The position numbers and the translations under genes are program-made. A DNA stretch of 64,000 nt from Pontiella sp. (lineage in GTDB: Bacteria; Verrucomicrobiota; Kiritimatiellia; Kiritimatiellales; Pontiellaceae), in the NCBI GenBank assembly GCA_050290185.1, contig JBNKHE010000004.1, positions 96,001 to 160,000 of the forward strand, in the 5' to 3' direction. The notes under the pieces were generated by a model. That model searched no databases. It worked only from the letters and a program-made list of their open reading frames with translations, and was not told the origin of the DNA. Below, piece after piece: positions 47,985-58,654 of this stretch. Positions within the stretch are counted from its first letter, which is position 1. The number at the start of each line of letters is the position of its first letter.

Positions 47985-49409
47985 TCAGCTGAACAGATTG
48001 CCCGGATTTAGCATGCAGGAGGGATCAAACAGGGTTTTGAGGTCGCGCATTTTGTAAATGCCGTCCTCGCCGAACATGAGACGGAAAAAATCAGTCTTTA
48101 GCTTTCCGATACCATGCTCGGCGGAGACAGAACCGCCCCACTCCACGACTTGTTTCGCCCAGTCGAGATAAAGCGCCTTGCCTTGTTCATATTCCTCCAT
48201 GCTGTGGGGAAGTATGTTGACATGAACGTGGTTATTGCCGACATGGCCAAAGATCACGTATTCCAAGCCGGCCGCAGTCAACCCACCGTGATACATTCGC
48301 ATAACGTCCTCAAGGCGGTCATCCGGCACAGACATATCGGTCCCAAGCTTGGTCAGCCCCGGGATGGTTTTCTTGCGCTCACCGATCAGCATATTGACCG
48401 ATTCGGGAATGGCGTGGCGGAAATTCTTGAGTGCGTCGATTTCATGGTCGCCTTCGGCCATCCAGCAGTCCACCGCCCGTTCGGCCCGTTCCACAACGGA
48501 TTCCGGAACCTCGTCCTCAAATTCGAAGTAGATGGCCGTATGGAATTCGGGGTTCAGCTCCGGCAGATCGGCAAAGGCCGTGTTTCCGGCCTTCATCCGC
48601 CGCAACAGGTCCAATGCGTTTGCATCGAAAAACTCGATCGCAACCGGCCCCGTATTTTCACGAAGAAAGCGGACAAAGTGCAACGCGGCCGCCTCGGATG
48701 GGAAAAATGCAGTCAGCCCAATCATCTGATCCGGCTCGGGTAGCAGTTCAAGTGTGATTTCGGTCACGACTCCGAGTGTGCCTTCCGCTCCGATAAACAG
48801 GTCGACCAGATCCATGTCCGGCTTCACGAAATAGCCGGCGGCGGTTTTTACGTCGGGCATCGGAAGTTCCGGAAATGCGCTGGCTATACTTCCAAGCTTG
48901 AAGCGAAGTTCATCGGCCTGGTGCATGCCACGTTCGACTTTGACGGTTTCGCCGTTGGACAACACAACCTCCAGCGCATGAATCCAGTTTCGGACAGCGC
49001 CATAGCGGAAGGACCTTGCGCCGGAGGCGTTGTTAGCAACCATGCCGCCGATAGATGCCGTGGTCTCGGTAAGATCGGAAGGGAAGAATAAACCTGACCC
49101 GGAAATGGCTGATCGAATATCTGCCAGCGGAGCGCCAGGCTGGACAGTCATATGGTTGCCCTCGATTTGACCGATGGCATTCATGCGCGAGAGATTGAGA
49201 ATCAATCCACCTTCCGGCACGCATCCGCCCGTGATGCCGGTACGTCCGCCCTGCACCGTAATGGGCCAGCTGTTTTCGGCGGCAACCAACAATGCGTCCT
49301 GGACCTCTTCGGTAGACTTAGGAAAGGCAATTTTATCCGCCCGCCCTTCCCTGCGCGACTCGTCATGCAGGAAATCCGCATACGCTTCGCCTATGTCATG
49401 AATATCCAT
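47985..49409 (-). CDS. FAD-linked oxidoreductase (GlcD / D-2-hydroxyacid dehydrogenase family)
   Basis: QGGRTGITGG, SIGGMVANNASG, GAEGTLGVVTE, FGHVGNNHVH, SAEHGIGKLK, FDP...LNPG. Confidence 0.92.
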   Translation of the reverse strand: MDIHDIGEAYADFLHDESRREGRADKIAFPKSTEEVQDALLVAAENSWPITVQGGRTGITGGCVPEGGLILNLSRMNAIGQIEGNHMTVQPGAPLADIRSAISGSGLFFPSDLTETTASIGGMVANNASGARSFRYGAVRNWIHALEVVLSNGETVKVERGMHQADELRFKLGSIASAFPELPMPDVKTAAGYFVKPDMDLVDLFIGAEGTLGVVTEITLELLPEPDQMIGLTAFFPSEAAALHFVRFLRENTGPVAIEFFDANALDLLRRMKAGNTAFADLPELNPEFHTAIYFEFEDEVPESVVERAERAVDCWMAEGDHEIDALKNFRHAIPESVNMLIGERKKTIPGLTKLGTDMSVPDDRLEDVMRMYHGGLTAAGLEYVIFGHVGNNHVHVNILPHSMEEYEQGKALYLDWAKQVVEWGGSVSAEHGIGKLKTDFFRLMFGEDGIYKMRDLKTLFDPSCMLNPGNLFS

Positions 49410-49423
49410 ACCGGGGAAGTTAA

Positions 49424-49489
49424 CCACGAAGACACGAAAATCACGAAGAAAGATCTTATGAAACCGCACCTGCGTGCCTTCGTAGTGAA
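49424..49489. repeat. CACGAA-unit inverted intergenic element
   Basis: CCACGAAGA CACGAAAAT CACGAAG ... CTGCGTGC CTTCGTAGTG. Confidence 0.7.
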
Positions 49490-49492
49490 TAT

Positions 49493-50224
49493 CTAGAATT
49501 GTTCGTCGTTTCGGAGGTAGCGCCACTGGCCGGTGGGCAGGTTCCCGAGCACGATTTTTCCGATGCGGATGCGCTTGAGGCCGACGACCTTGAGGCCAAC
49601 CATTTCGCACATACGCCGGATTTGCCGTTTCTTACCTTCGTGCAGAATAAAACGAAGCTGATCCTCGTTCTGCCAGTTCACCTTGGCGGGCCTGAGCGGT
49701 TTCCCATCCAGTTCCATCCCATGGTTGAGCAGTTTCAGTCCGTCCTTCGACAGGGTTCCTTCGACACGCACGAGGTATTCCTTATCGACTTCCGAATCCT
49801 CCCCGATGATGCGGCGGGCAACGCGGCCATCCTGTGTAAGGACCAGCAGACCGGTGGAGTCGATATCCAACCGTCCGGCTGGAGCCAGTCCGCGAAGATG
49901 TGCGGGGTTAAAACGGCGGGGCGCCCGGTCGTCCTTCCAGCGGGTCCGTTCGGATATGAGGGATACCGCGGCTTTGTAGCCGTCCTCCGGCTGGCCGGAG
50001 ACATAGCCGATCGGTTTGTTAATCAAAAAAGTCGCCTGTGCATCCCGCCGCTTGCGGCCGGCTTCGGCCAGCTCGATCCGGGCATCGGTCGACACCTTGG
50101 TGCCCAGTTCGGAAACCACCTCTCCATCGACGAGCACCAAACCGCGTTCGATATAGCGGTCGGCCTCGCGCCGGGAACACATGCCCCTCGCCGCCATGAT
50201 TTTAGATATTCGTTGAATTTCCAT
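49493..50224 (-). CDS. rRNA pseudouridine synthase, RsuA/RluB/RluF family
   Basis: S4 domain [15 protein letters not shown], catalytic [21 protein letters not shown]. Confidence 0.93.
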   Translation of the reverse strand: MEIQRISKIMAARGMCSRREADRYIERGLVLVDGEVVSELGTKVSTDARIELAEAGRKRRDAQATFLINKPIGYVSGQPEDGYKAAVSLISERTRWKDDRAPRRFNPAHLRGLAPAGRLDIDSTGLLVLTQDGRVARRIIGEDSEVDKEYLVRVEGTLSKDGLKLLNHGMELDGKPLRPAKVNWQNEDQLRFILHEGKKRQIRRMCEMVGLKVVGLKRIRIGKIVLGNLPTGQWRYLRNDEQF

Positions 50225-50237
50225 TTCAGATTCCAGC

Positions 50238-51689
50238 TTACTTCTTCCAGAAGCTGGGAAGGAAGAGAATAAGGACGGTGTAGAGTTCCAGACGGCCCAG
50301 CAGCATAAAGATGGTAAGGATACCCTGCCCCAACGGCGAAATCGCCGCAAAGTTCTGCGTGGGCCCCACGGCATTCAGGCCCGGGCCGATGTTCCCAAGC
50401 GTTGCGATCACACAGGTTGCAGCCGTTTCGAGGTTGGGCGTGAAGAAGGTCATGATGAATGAACCAAATGCGAAAATCGTCAAAAAGATAGCGAAGAAGG
50501 CCGAGATGTGCGAAATGATTTCCTGTTCCACCGGCTTGCCGCCCAGCTTCATCTGAATGACCGCTGAAGGGCGCATGAACAGTTTCATCTCCCGCACCAT
50601 CTTCTTGAACATAATGAAGATGCGGACCACCTTCATGCCGCCGCCGGTTGAGCCGGCGCACCCACCGATGAACATCATCATTACGAGCAGCAAGCGCGAG
50701 GCATTCGGCCAGGTATCGAAGTCGGCCGTACAGAACCCGGTCGTCGTGATCACAGAAGTCGCCGTGAAGGCCGCATCCCTGAAGCTGCGACCGAAGGAAG
50801 CGAGGTGATGGGTCCACACATTCAGGGAGATGAAAACGATACTCCCAAGCAGGAAGAAGAAATAGAAGCGGAATTCCGGATCTTGGAAATACCGTTTGGG
50901 TTTACCGGTCAGCGCATAGTAGTGGAGTGAAAAGTTCACGCCGGCCAGAAACATGAATACGGTGATGATCGCATCAACGACGGCGCTGTCGTAGGCCCCG
51001 ATGCTGGCCGAGCGGGTGGAGAACCCTCCGGTAGCCATGGTCCCGAAGGTATGGCAAAGCGCATCGAACCAATCCATGCCGCCGACCCACTTCAACAGCA
51101 GGGTCTCGACGAGTGTCAACAGAACATAAACGCCCCACAGCAGCTTGGCCGTGGTAGCGATGCGCGGCGTGAGACGGTCCTTCGAAGGGCCGGGCATTTC
51201 GGCGCGGTAAATCTGCATGCCGCCCACTCCGAGAAACGGAAGGATCGCCACGCACAGCACCAGTACGCCCATACCGCCGAACCAGTGCGTCAGCGCCCGC
51301 CAGAAATGGATGCCGCGCGGGATGCTTTCCAGATCGCTCAGCACCGAGGCCCCGGTCGTGGTAAATCCGGACATCGTTTCAAACAGGGCGGAGACCGGAT
51401 GGGGAATGACGCCCGAAATGATGTAGGGAAGCGAACCAAAGAGGGTTGCCGATAACCAGCCGAAGGTTACGATCCCAAACCCGTCGCGCCGGGACAGGTT
51501 GATGTCCCCGCGGGTCAGAATTCCGACGATACCGGCCGCGCCGATGGCAATGAGTCCCGATTCTATTAGGCTCAGCTGGATCTTGAGCGGCTCGTGGTAC
51601 AACCACGAAACTCCGGCACACAATACCATAGCAACGCCGATGACCAGCGTCATGAATGATACTAAATGGAATACGGCTCGTTTGTTCAT
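50238..51689 (-). CDS. trkH: Trk potassium uptake membrane protein (copy B, canonical motifs)
   Basis: [39 protein letters not shown]. Confidence 0.95.
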   Translation of the reverse strand: MNKRAVFHLVSFMTLVIGVAMVLCAGVSWLYHEPLKIQLSLIESGLIAIGAAGIVGILTRGDINLSRRDGFGIVTFGWLSATLFGSLPYIISGVIPHPVSALFETMSGFTTTGASVLSDLESIPRGIHFWRALTHWFGGMGVLVLCVAILPFLGVGGMQIYRAEMPGPSKDRLTPRIATTAKLLWGVYVLLTLVETLLLKWVGGMDWFDALCHTFGTMATGGFSTRSASIGAYDSAVVDAIITVFMFLAGVNFSLHYYALTGKPKRYFQDPEFRFYFFFLLGSIVFISLNVWTHHLASFGRSFRDAAFTATSVITTTGFCTADFDTWPNASRLLLVMMMFIGGCAGSTGGGMKVVRIFIMFKKMVREMKLFMRPSAVIQMKLGGKPVEQEIISHISAFFAIFLTIFAFGSFIMTFFTPNLETAATCVIATLGNIGPGLNAVGPTQNFAAISPLGQGILTIFMLLGRLELYTVLILFLPSFWKK

Positions 51690-51747
51690 GGACCTACCAA
51701 TAAAACAGTTTCTTTATCTGCCGGCAACTTGTCGAGCATGTTTGATT

Positions 51748-53199
51748 CTACTTCTTCCAGAAGCTGGGAAGCAGAAGTACGAATACCGTATAGAACTCTA
51801 GACGACCCAGCAGCATACAGGCAATCAGAACCAGCTGGCCTCCATTGGGAATGCCCGAGAAGTTGTGCGTGGCACCCACGGCACTCAGTCCCGGGCCAAC
51901 GCCCCCGAGTGTCGTTGCAACCGAGCTGGCCGCCGTTTCGAGATCGGGAGTGCAGAGGCACATCAACAGGACGGCAACGGCAAAGGTGCAGAGGTACATG
52001 AATATGAAGGCCGCAATGTGCGACACCGTATCGGCATCCACCACCCGACCGTCATACTTCATCTGGATCACGGACAGCGGTCGCATGAAGAGCCGGATCT
52101 CGCGAAACATTTTTCTGAAAACGATGTTAATGCGCAACAGCTTGATGGCACCGCTGGTCGAACCGGCACACCCGCCGGTAAACATCAGCAGTAAGAGTAG
52201 GTAGCGCGAGGCATTGGGCCACGCATCAAAGTCGGCCGTACAGAAACCGGTGGTTGTCATGATGGACGTGGAGGTAAATACGGCGTCGCGGATGCACTGC
52301 CCGATGGGGGCATATCCCGAGTGCCAGATGTTGAAGGTAATAAAGGCGGAGGCAAACAGTAGAAGACCCAGATACAGCCGGAACTCGGAATCGCGGAAAT
52401 ATCGTCCCGGCTTGCCGGTCAATGCATAGTAGTGCAACGTGAAGTTGATGCCGGAGAGAAACATGAACACAATAATGATGCTGTCAACAACCGGGCTGTT
52501 GAAGGCCCCGATACTCTCGGATCGCGTCGAAAAGCCGCCGGTGGCAATCGTACCGAAACTATGGCACATGGCATCGAACCAGCTCATGCCCCCCACCCAC
52601 TTCAACAGCAGCGTTTCGAGAAGCGTCAGCAACGCATAGACGCCCCACAATAGCTTGGCCGTCGTGGCAATGCGCGGAGTCAGGCGGTCTTTCGAAGGGC
52701 CGGGCATTTCGGCACGGTAGATCTGCATGCCGCCCACGCCGAGAAATGGAAGAATCGCCACGCACAGCACCAGTACGCCCATGCCGCCGAACCAGTGCGT
52801 CAGCGCCCTCCAGAAATGAATGCCGCGCGGAACGCTTTCCAGATCGCTCAGCACCGAGGCCCCGGTCGTCGTAAAGCCCGAAAGGGTTTCAAACAGGGCA
52901 GGAACCGGATGCGTAATCACGCCGGAGAGGATATAGGGAAGCGAGCCGAAAATGGCTGCGATCAACCAGCCAAATGTGACCACGCCAAAGCCGTCGCGTC
53001 GCGAAAGGTTCATACTGCCACGGGTCAGCACGCCACAAACCGCCGCAAATACAATCGTGATCAACCCGGAGTAGATCAGACTCATAATCACCGGGTGCGG
53101 ATCGTGGTAATGCAGGGAAACAACGGTGCATCCAAGAATGGACAGACCGATGACCAGCATCATATAGGAAACCAGATGGAATACCGCGCGAAAGTTCAT
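51748..53199 (-). CDS. trkH: Trk potassium uptake membrane protein (copy A, variant motifs)
   Basis: Same length and collinear with copy B; GSTSGAIK, LGGVGPG, GRLE. Confidence 0.95.
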   Translation of the reverse strand: MNFRAVFHLVSYMMLVIGLSILGCTVVSLHYHDPHPVIMSLIYSGLITIVFAAVCGVLTRGSMNLSRRDGFGVVTFGWLIAAIFGSLPYILSGVITHPVPALFETLSGFTTTGASVLSDLESVPRGIHFWRALTHWFGGMGVLVLCVAILPFLGVGGMQIYRAEMPGPSKDRLTPRIATTAKLLWGVYALLTLLETLLLKWVGGMSWFDAMCHSFGTIATGGFSTRSESIGAFNSPVVDSIIIVFMFLSGINFTLHYYALTGKPGRYFRDSEFRLYLGLLLFASAFITFNIWHSGYAPIGQCIRDAVFTSTSIMTTTGFCTADFDAWPNASRYLLLLLMFTGGCAGSTSGAIKLLRINIVFRKMFREIRLFMRPLSVIQMKYDGRVVDADTVSHIAAFIFMYLCTFAVAVLLMCLCTPDLETAASSVATTLGGVGPGLSAVGATHNFSGIPNGGQLVLIACMLLGRLEFYTVFVLLLPSFWKK

Positions 53200-53238
53200 G
53201 TTCGACCATCCTTGCCGCGTATGAGTGGTAGGAACCGC

Positions 53239-54582
53239 CTATAGAAAGGTGGACTGGATTTTCTTTACCGCATCCGGATGGCAGAAGATCAACACCCGGT
53301 CTCCCACGATAAACTCAAGATCCCCCGTAGCCGTCACTACTTCGCCCTGTCGCAAGACAGTAGCGATAATCGCTTTTTGAGGAATCTTCACCTCTCGGAT
53401 TTTCTTGCCGTCCATTTTACTGCCGGACTCAACAATGATGTCGAGCAGCTCGCCGGGCAGATTGTGCAACAGCGAGGCCGCGCGGACCTTCTTCGAGCGC
53501 AACCAGTGGAGAATGGCATTGGTGGTAGAAATATAGGGGCTCACGACCCGGTTCACCAGGTAGAGTTGCTCGACCACCGGAATGAAATCGGTGCGGGCGA
53601 TCTGTGTAGCGGTAAAGGCGGCTCCCTTTTTCTGAGCCATCAGGCAGTTCATGATATTGCCTTCGTCATCACCCGTCAGCGCAACGAACGCCGTGCGGTC
53701 ATGCAACCCCGATTCCTCCAGCGCGCTTTCGGTCAGCGCATCGGCTCGCAGAATAAGGGTTTTGTTCAACTCCGCCGAACAGAACCGCGCTCGCTCCTCG
53801 TCCTGTTCCAGCACCACGCAATCGACATCGTTTTCAATAAACTTGGCCAGCATCAATCCCAGGTCGCCGCCCCCGGCAATAATGACTTTTTCGAAGGGCG
53901 GAATATCGGGGCAAACATAGCTGAAGAAACTAACGATGTCCTCCCGCTGACCCACAATGTAGACGACATCCTTCTTCTGAAAAACCGTATCGCCATGGGG
54001 AATCACCAGTTCTTCATCCCGGCGGATGGCGATTACGCGCACACTCTGGATCAGGTCGAGCCGGTCGCATTCGGCCGGCGTCCGGTCCATCAACGGGCTG
54101 GAGGCATTGATGCTGAAGCCGGCCACCATCACCTTCCCGGCAAAAAGATCGAAGGCTTCCAATGCACCGGGAATCTGCAGCATGTTGTACACTTCACGCG
54201 CACACTCCTGCTTCTGGTTAATCACCAGATCAATTCCCATTTTGTGCAGATTGTAGTGAGGGGAATCGCTCAGGAAGTCTGGATTGGTCACACGGGCAAT
54301 CTTGCCTTTTACACCGGCCGCATTGGCCAGTAGGCAGGAGAGAATATTGACCTCGTCGTTGTCGGTTACAGCAATCAGCAGGTCCGATTTGTCCACCTGC
54401 GCCTTGTCCAGCACGGACGGATTGGTACCCTGTCCGCAGATCGTCAATACGTCCAAACCCGCTTCCGCCTCTGCCAGCGAGTGGGGATTGACATCCACCA
54501 TGACCACGCTGTGCTTCTCTTCGCACAGCCTGCGCGCCAGCTGTCGGCCGGCATTTCCTGCTCCGATAATTACAATCCGCAT
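53239..54582 (-). CDS. trkA: Trk system regulatory subunit with two RCK domains
   Basis: IIGAGNAG and IAGGGDLG Rossmann motifs; upstream of the trkH genes. Confidence 0.95.
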   Translation of the reverse strand: MRIVIIGAGNAGRQLARRLCEEKHSVVMVDVNPHSLAEAEAGLDVLTICGQGTNPSVLDKAQVDKSDLLIAVTDNDEVNILSCLLANAAGVKGKIARVTNPDFLSDSPHYNLHKMGIDLVINQKQECAREVYNMLQIPGALEAFDLFAGKVMVAGFSINASSPLMDRTPAECDRLDLIQSVRVIAIRRDEELVIPHGDTVFQKKDVVYIVGQREDIVSFFSYVCPDIPPFEKVIIAGGGDLGLMLAKFIENDVDCVVLEQDEERARFCSAELNKTLILRADALTESALEESGLHDRTAFVALTGDDEGNIMNCLMAQKKGAAFTATQIARTDFIPVVEQLYLVNRVVSPYISTTNAILHWLRSKKVRAASLLHNLPGELLDIIVESGSKMDGKKIREVKIPQKAIIATVLRQGEVVTATGDLEFIVGDRVLIFCHPDAVKKIQSTFL

Positions 54583-55154
54583 AGGTGTTCCCCCGGAAAA
54601 AGCCGTCGTATATGCTTCAAGTTGGCCAGTTTATCAATAAAAAACCGGAATTAGAATTGCCATCATACAGGATGTCCTTCCCATCCAACCCACTGAACAG
54701 CAAACAGATTATCGCGCAATCACGCAAAAACCTCCAAAGGGTCGGAGCAGGGCCCAAGTAGATCTGAAAGCCGCAAAACCTACAAGACGCGATACACCAA
54801 CGGTCTTGTTATCAAAGAGCCCCCAGCAATACTTTGGGTGTGAAGAAGCATGGTGCAACAGGGACATCGTCGTATTTAAACTCAAGTCGGTTTGATCTGG
54901 GAGGAAGGATGGAAACCATGCCGAAGCTGAATACGAACTGGCGGGTTCCGAGCAACCGGAGAACGGTTCAAAGAATCTTCCAAACCAAAGCTTAAACGCC
55001 TTAATTCAGTGTTATTTATGACAATCTCCGGAACATGTATGCTTGAAATTGTATAGAATCTGATTGCATGGATTCATTGCCAATAAGCTTGGTTTACAAA
55101 ACCATGCAATCGCAGTTTGTTGAAGAAAAAGCATCCATCTGCCGGAGCTACTTT

Positions 55155-56780
55155 ATGATCAAAACTAAACTCGTCCCGTTTGCATGCGCATTGGGTGTGG
55201 TTTTCAGCGCATTGATATCCGTTCAGGCCGCCAGACCGGCCTCAGAATTCCTGCTTTGGACCGGTAGCGCCCCAGGCGCGGTGGGCTCTGACCCTGAAGA
55301 TATGCCGACATTGACACCATACTACGCCTCGGAGACGAATGCGACCGGAGCGGCGATGATCGTCTGTCCGGGAGGCGGCTATACGTTCCTTTCTTCGCTT
55401 CATGAGGGAACCTACTTCGCCCAATGGCTGAACGAGCTTGGAATTAGCGCGTTTGTGTTAAAATACCGGATTGGCCCGGACGGCTACCATCATCCCGTCG
55501 AGATGCTGGATGCGCAGCGCGCGATCCGTTATGTCCGCGCAAATGCCACGGACTGGAATCTCGATCCAAACCGTATCGGCATCATCGGCTCCTCTGCGGG
55601 GGGGCATCTTGCGGCCACGACAATGGTGCATTTTGATGATGGCAATCCGGGTTCGCTCGATCCGGTTGAGCATGTGAGTAGCCGGCCCGACCTCGGGGTG
55701 CTTTGTTATCCGGTCATTACCATGGATGACACGTACACACATGAAGGATCGAAGACCAACCTGCTTGGCGATGAGATCACCAATTCCGTACTGGTGGAAT
55801 ACCTCTCATGCGAGAAGCAGGTCACGACGAATACGCCGCCCGCCTTCCTTATGCATGCGCAGACCGACTCCACGGTTCCCTACCAAAACTCGGCCATGTT
55901 TGCTGATGCATTGGCTTCAAATGGTATCCCCTATGAGTTGCACCTATATCCCACCGGCGGGCATGGGGTCGGGCTTGGTAGCACGCCGGGGGATGAGAAG
56001 AACTACCACCCATGGACCTTCGAGTGCAGACACTGGCTCTACCAAATGGGCTTTGCTCTGCCCGATCTTGGCAACCTATGGCTGTTGGGCGATTCCATCA
56101 CCTACGGAGCCGGCGTTTCCACCGTCCCCGGTGGCTATCGCGATCCGCTGTATACGAATCTCGTTGCCCGAGGCTACACCTTCAAGTTTGTTGGAACAAG
56201 GGATGCCAATGCCTCTACCCGTCTCTCGAATGCGGGCCAGCAATGGCACGACGGGTGGAGTGGATACACCATTGCCGACAGTACCATCCCCAGCGTTCCC
56301 CCCAAGGACTATAACGGGTTGTATGAAAGGGTCGAAGGGTGGTACGACTCGATGCTCAACAAGCCGGATATCATTCTGCTGCTGATCGGCATCAATGACC
56401 TCAATCAGAAATATGATGTCGCGGAGGCCCCGGACCGACTCGAACTTTTGGCTGACCGTCTGTTCTCGTTGAATCCGAGGGTCGAGCTTGTGATTTCATC
56501 CCTTCCCGAGGCCGACTCGAACAACCGGTTCCGGCATGTCCCTCCCAATACCGATCTATCAGGTCCTATCAGCGATTATAATGCAGCGATTGCTTCAATG
56601 GTAGCCGGAAGACAGGCGCTGGGACAAAACATCGTTTTCGTGGATATGCATGCGGGCTTGACGCTTGCGGACCTGTCCGACCAGTTGCATCCTACCGCGT
56701 CCGGCTACGCGAAAATGGGCAAGATCTGGGCCGATGCCATTGAATATCTGCGAACTTCACGACCAACAACATCACGGTAA
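55155..56780 (+). CDS. Secreted two-domain esterase: alpha/beta hydrolase fused to SGNH/GDSL hydrolase
   Basis: Signal peptide; PGGGY, GSSAGGH, DSTVP, GGHG; then LGDSIT, GWSG, IGIND, DQLHP. Confidence 0.88.
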   Translation: MIKTKLVPFACALGVVFSALISVQAARPASEFLLWTGSAPGAVGSDPEDMPTLTPYYASETNATGAAMIVCPGGGYTFLSSLHEGTYFAQWLNELGISAFVLKYRIGPDGYHHPVEMLDAQRAIRYVRANATDWNLDPNRIGIIGSSAGGHLAATTMVHFDDGNPGSLDPVEHVSSRPDLGVLCYPVITMDDTYTHEGSKTNLLGDEITNSVLVEYLSCEKQVTTNTPPAFLMHAQTDSTVPYQNSAMFADALASNGIPYELHLYPTGGHGVGLGSTPGDEKNYHPWTFECRHWLYQMGFALPDLGNLWLLGDSITYGAGVSTVPGGYRDPLYTNLVARGYTFKFVGTRDANASTRLSNAGQQWHDGWSGYTIADSTIPSVPPKDYNGLYERVEGWYDSMLNKPDIILLLIGINDLNQKYDVAEAPDRLELLADRLFSLNPRVELVISSLPEADSNNRFRHVPPNTDLSGPISDYNAAIASMVAGRQALGQNIVFVDMHAGLTLADLSDQLHPTASGYAKMGKIWADAIEYLRTSRPTTSR

Positions 56781-56960
56781 CCGGCGATAAGGTGTCGCCG
56801 ATGGCCAACGGCACGGTGGGCACCGGCTGAATCGGCAGACTTGTCCACTAACTACTGGACGTCATTGACCGATGACAAGGTGAGGGGGATCCTCGTCACC
56901 ATCACGGGGCCGGCCATAAACGCGCAGCACTTCTACCGGTTCAGTTCTTCTCAACCTTAG
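56762..56960 (+). pseudogene. Disrupted C-terminal domain of the esterase gene
   Basis: 56762-56830 reads TNNITVTGDKVSPMANGTVGTG; 56826-56960 reads AESADLSTNYWTSL...VTITGPAINAQHFYRF. Confidence 0.55.
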
Positions 56961-57014
56961 GAGCCACCTGCACAACAATACTTCCTGAACAGAATACGAA
57001 TCCCCGGGAATGGT

Positions 57015-57932
57015 TCAGGAAGCATTCGTGGCCTGGCGGGACCAGTAGCGGGCGAGAAGCGAGGCGGTGATGACGCACCAGGTGGCGAAGAGGGCCGGAA
57101 TGATAGCGCTCTCGGCCGAAAAATTGGCAACGGCCAGCACGGCCCCAAGTCCCGCGTTCTGCATGCCGACTTCGATGCACAACGTACGCCGCCGGCGCAG
57201 ATCGAAACGTAGCAGCATACCCCCCAGATAGCCCCCGATATAGCCAAGCAGATTGTGGATGAAGATTGCCGCAAACACGATCAGCGTCAGGGAGGCGATC
57301 CGGGATTGGTTGAGCGCAACGATCACTCCGCAGATAATGGCGATGCACAGCGTGGAAAGCGCCGGAAACCAGTCGTGGAGCCGTTCGATCTGCCGGCGAA
57401 ACCAATGCTTGAGCCCAAAGCCGATCAACAACGGCAGGATGACGATGGTGATGATCTGCTTGAACATCGCCCAATAGTCCACGTGGATGACGGCATGGGC
57501 GTATAGATAGGTGATGGAGGGCGTAAGAATCGGTGCCAGCAGCGTGGCGGTCGAGGTGAGTGCGATGGAATAGGCCACGTCGGTCTTGGCGAGATAGGCG
57601 ATGACGTTGCTGGCCATCGCTCCCGGAACAGCCCCCACCAGAATCATGCCCAGGAACAGATCGGGCGGCAGGTGCAATGCCTTGGCAATCAGGAAACCGC
57701 ATCCGGGCATGACGATGAACTGCACCAGAATGCCGAGCAGCACGAGATCCGGGCGCCGGATCAGCGGACGAAAATCGGATAGGTTCATGGCACAGCCGAT
57801 GCCGAGCATCGTGCCGGAGAACATCCATGAAAGCCAGGGCTTGAACCAGGTCAGTGAAGGCGGACACCCATAGCCCAGGATTCCGAGGGCAACAACCCAC
57901 AACGGCATCAGGGATGTGAACTTCTTCAGCAC
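57015..57932 (-). CDS. Bile acid:sodium symporter (BASS) family transporter
   Basis: QFIVMP, PGAMASNVIAYLA, EVGMQNAGLG. Confidence 0.92.
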   Translation of the reverse strand: MLKKFTSLMPLWVVALGILGYGCPPSLTWFKPWLSWMFSGTMLGIGCAMNLSDFRPLIRRPDLVLLGILVQFIVMPGCGFLIAKALHLPPDLFLGMILVGAVPGAMASNVIAYLAKTDVAYSIALTSTATLLAPILTPSITYLYAHAVIHVDYWAMFKQIITIVILPLLIGFGLKHWFRRQIERLHDWFPALSTLCIAIICGVIVALNQSRIASLTLIVFAAIFIHNLLGYIGGYLGGMLLRFDLRRRRTLCIEVGMQNAGLGAVLAVANFSAESAIIPALFATWCVITASLLARYWSRQATNAS

Positions 57933-57938
57933 AGTCCT

Positions 57939-58232
57939 CTAGCCTTTTGGGTTTGGGATCAAGTGATCTATCTCGCCTGACTTGATCATCGGTTCGAGCT
58001 TGCGCCACCCCGCGACGTGCTTTCCACCAATAAACATCTGCGGCACAAAGTCGACCTTCCCGCCGCAACGGCGATACATGGCGCGGGTGTTTTCGGAATC
58101 GGCGAACTCGTCGCTGCCGACGTCCCATTCAACCGCGTAGGCCCTAAAGGTAACGCCTTGACTGCAGAAAAATTCAATGGCCTTGTCGCAAAGGCCGCAC
58201 ACGCGGGCATAGTAGATGTCAACGGTTTCCAT
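57939..58232 (-). CDS. Glutaredoxin-like protein
   Basis: IYYARVCGLCDKA (CxxC), VPQMFIGGKHVAGW. Confidence 0.85.
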   Translation of the reverse strand: METVDIYYARVCGLCDKAIEFFCSQGVTFRAYAVEWDVGSDEFADSENTRAMYRRCGGKVDFVPQMFIGGKHVAGWRKLEPMIKSGEIDHLIPNPKG

Positions 58233-58234
58233 CC

Positions 58235-58639
58235 CTACGACAAGCCTTCCTTGTACTGCGGGACGTCGTCGAGGATGTCGTACCAAGGCGCCTTATGGTC
58301 GACCCAGATATGGGCATCCGGACGAACGCCGGGATCGCCATCAACCGAACCGGCGCGGATCAAAAGCATCTCGGGCCCGGCATCGAAGCGAGCGATGACA
58401 TGCGATCCGCAGGTACGACAGAAGCAACGGTGCTTTCCCGGCGAGGATTGGAAGGTTTCCAGATGTTCCTCGCCCTTCACCACCTTGAAGCCGGAGGATT
58501 CGACCGCGATGATCGACGCGAAGGTTGCACCCGAAAGCTTGCGGCAATCGGGGCAATGGCAATTGATGAACCGAAGCACCTTGCCGGTGCTTTCGTACCG
58601 TACTGCCCCGCAAAAGCAACCTCCTTCAATCGAGGTCAT
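58235..58639 (-). CDS. GFA/CENP-V family zinc protein
   Basis: GGCFCGAVRY, CHCPDCRK, FCRTCGS. Confidence 0.92.
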   Translation of the reverse strand: MTSIEGGCFCGAVRYESTGKVLRFINCHCPDCRKLSGATFASIIAVESSGFKVVKGEEHLETFQSSPGKHRCFCRTCGSHVIARFDAGPEMLLIRAGSVDGDPGVRPDAHIWVDHKAPWYDILDDVPQYKEGLS

Positions 58640-58654
58640 CACCGGGCCCCTTTT

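Noticed and set aside
51120..52880. Assembly artefact or very recent gene conversion between the trkH copies
   Set aside because: The most similar stretch still differs at many synonymous positions, which fits a real, older duplication under purifying selection.
54612..54628. GG-N10-GC motif upstream of trkA (TGGCCAACTTGAAGCA, minus strand)
   Set aside because: Lacks the TTGC -12 context and the GGCA core; too weak to call as a sigma-54 promoter.
54583..55067. Possible c-di-AMP (ydaO) riboswitch upstream of trkA
   Set aside because: I could not find the conserved ydaO sequence elements on the trkA strand; an Infernal search would be needed to exclude it fully.
56941..58128. 395-aa Arg-rich minus-strand ORF
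   Set aside because: Alternative frame over the BASS and glutaredoxin genes.
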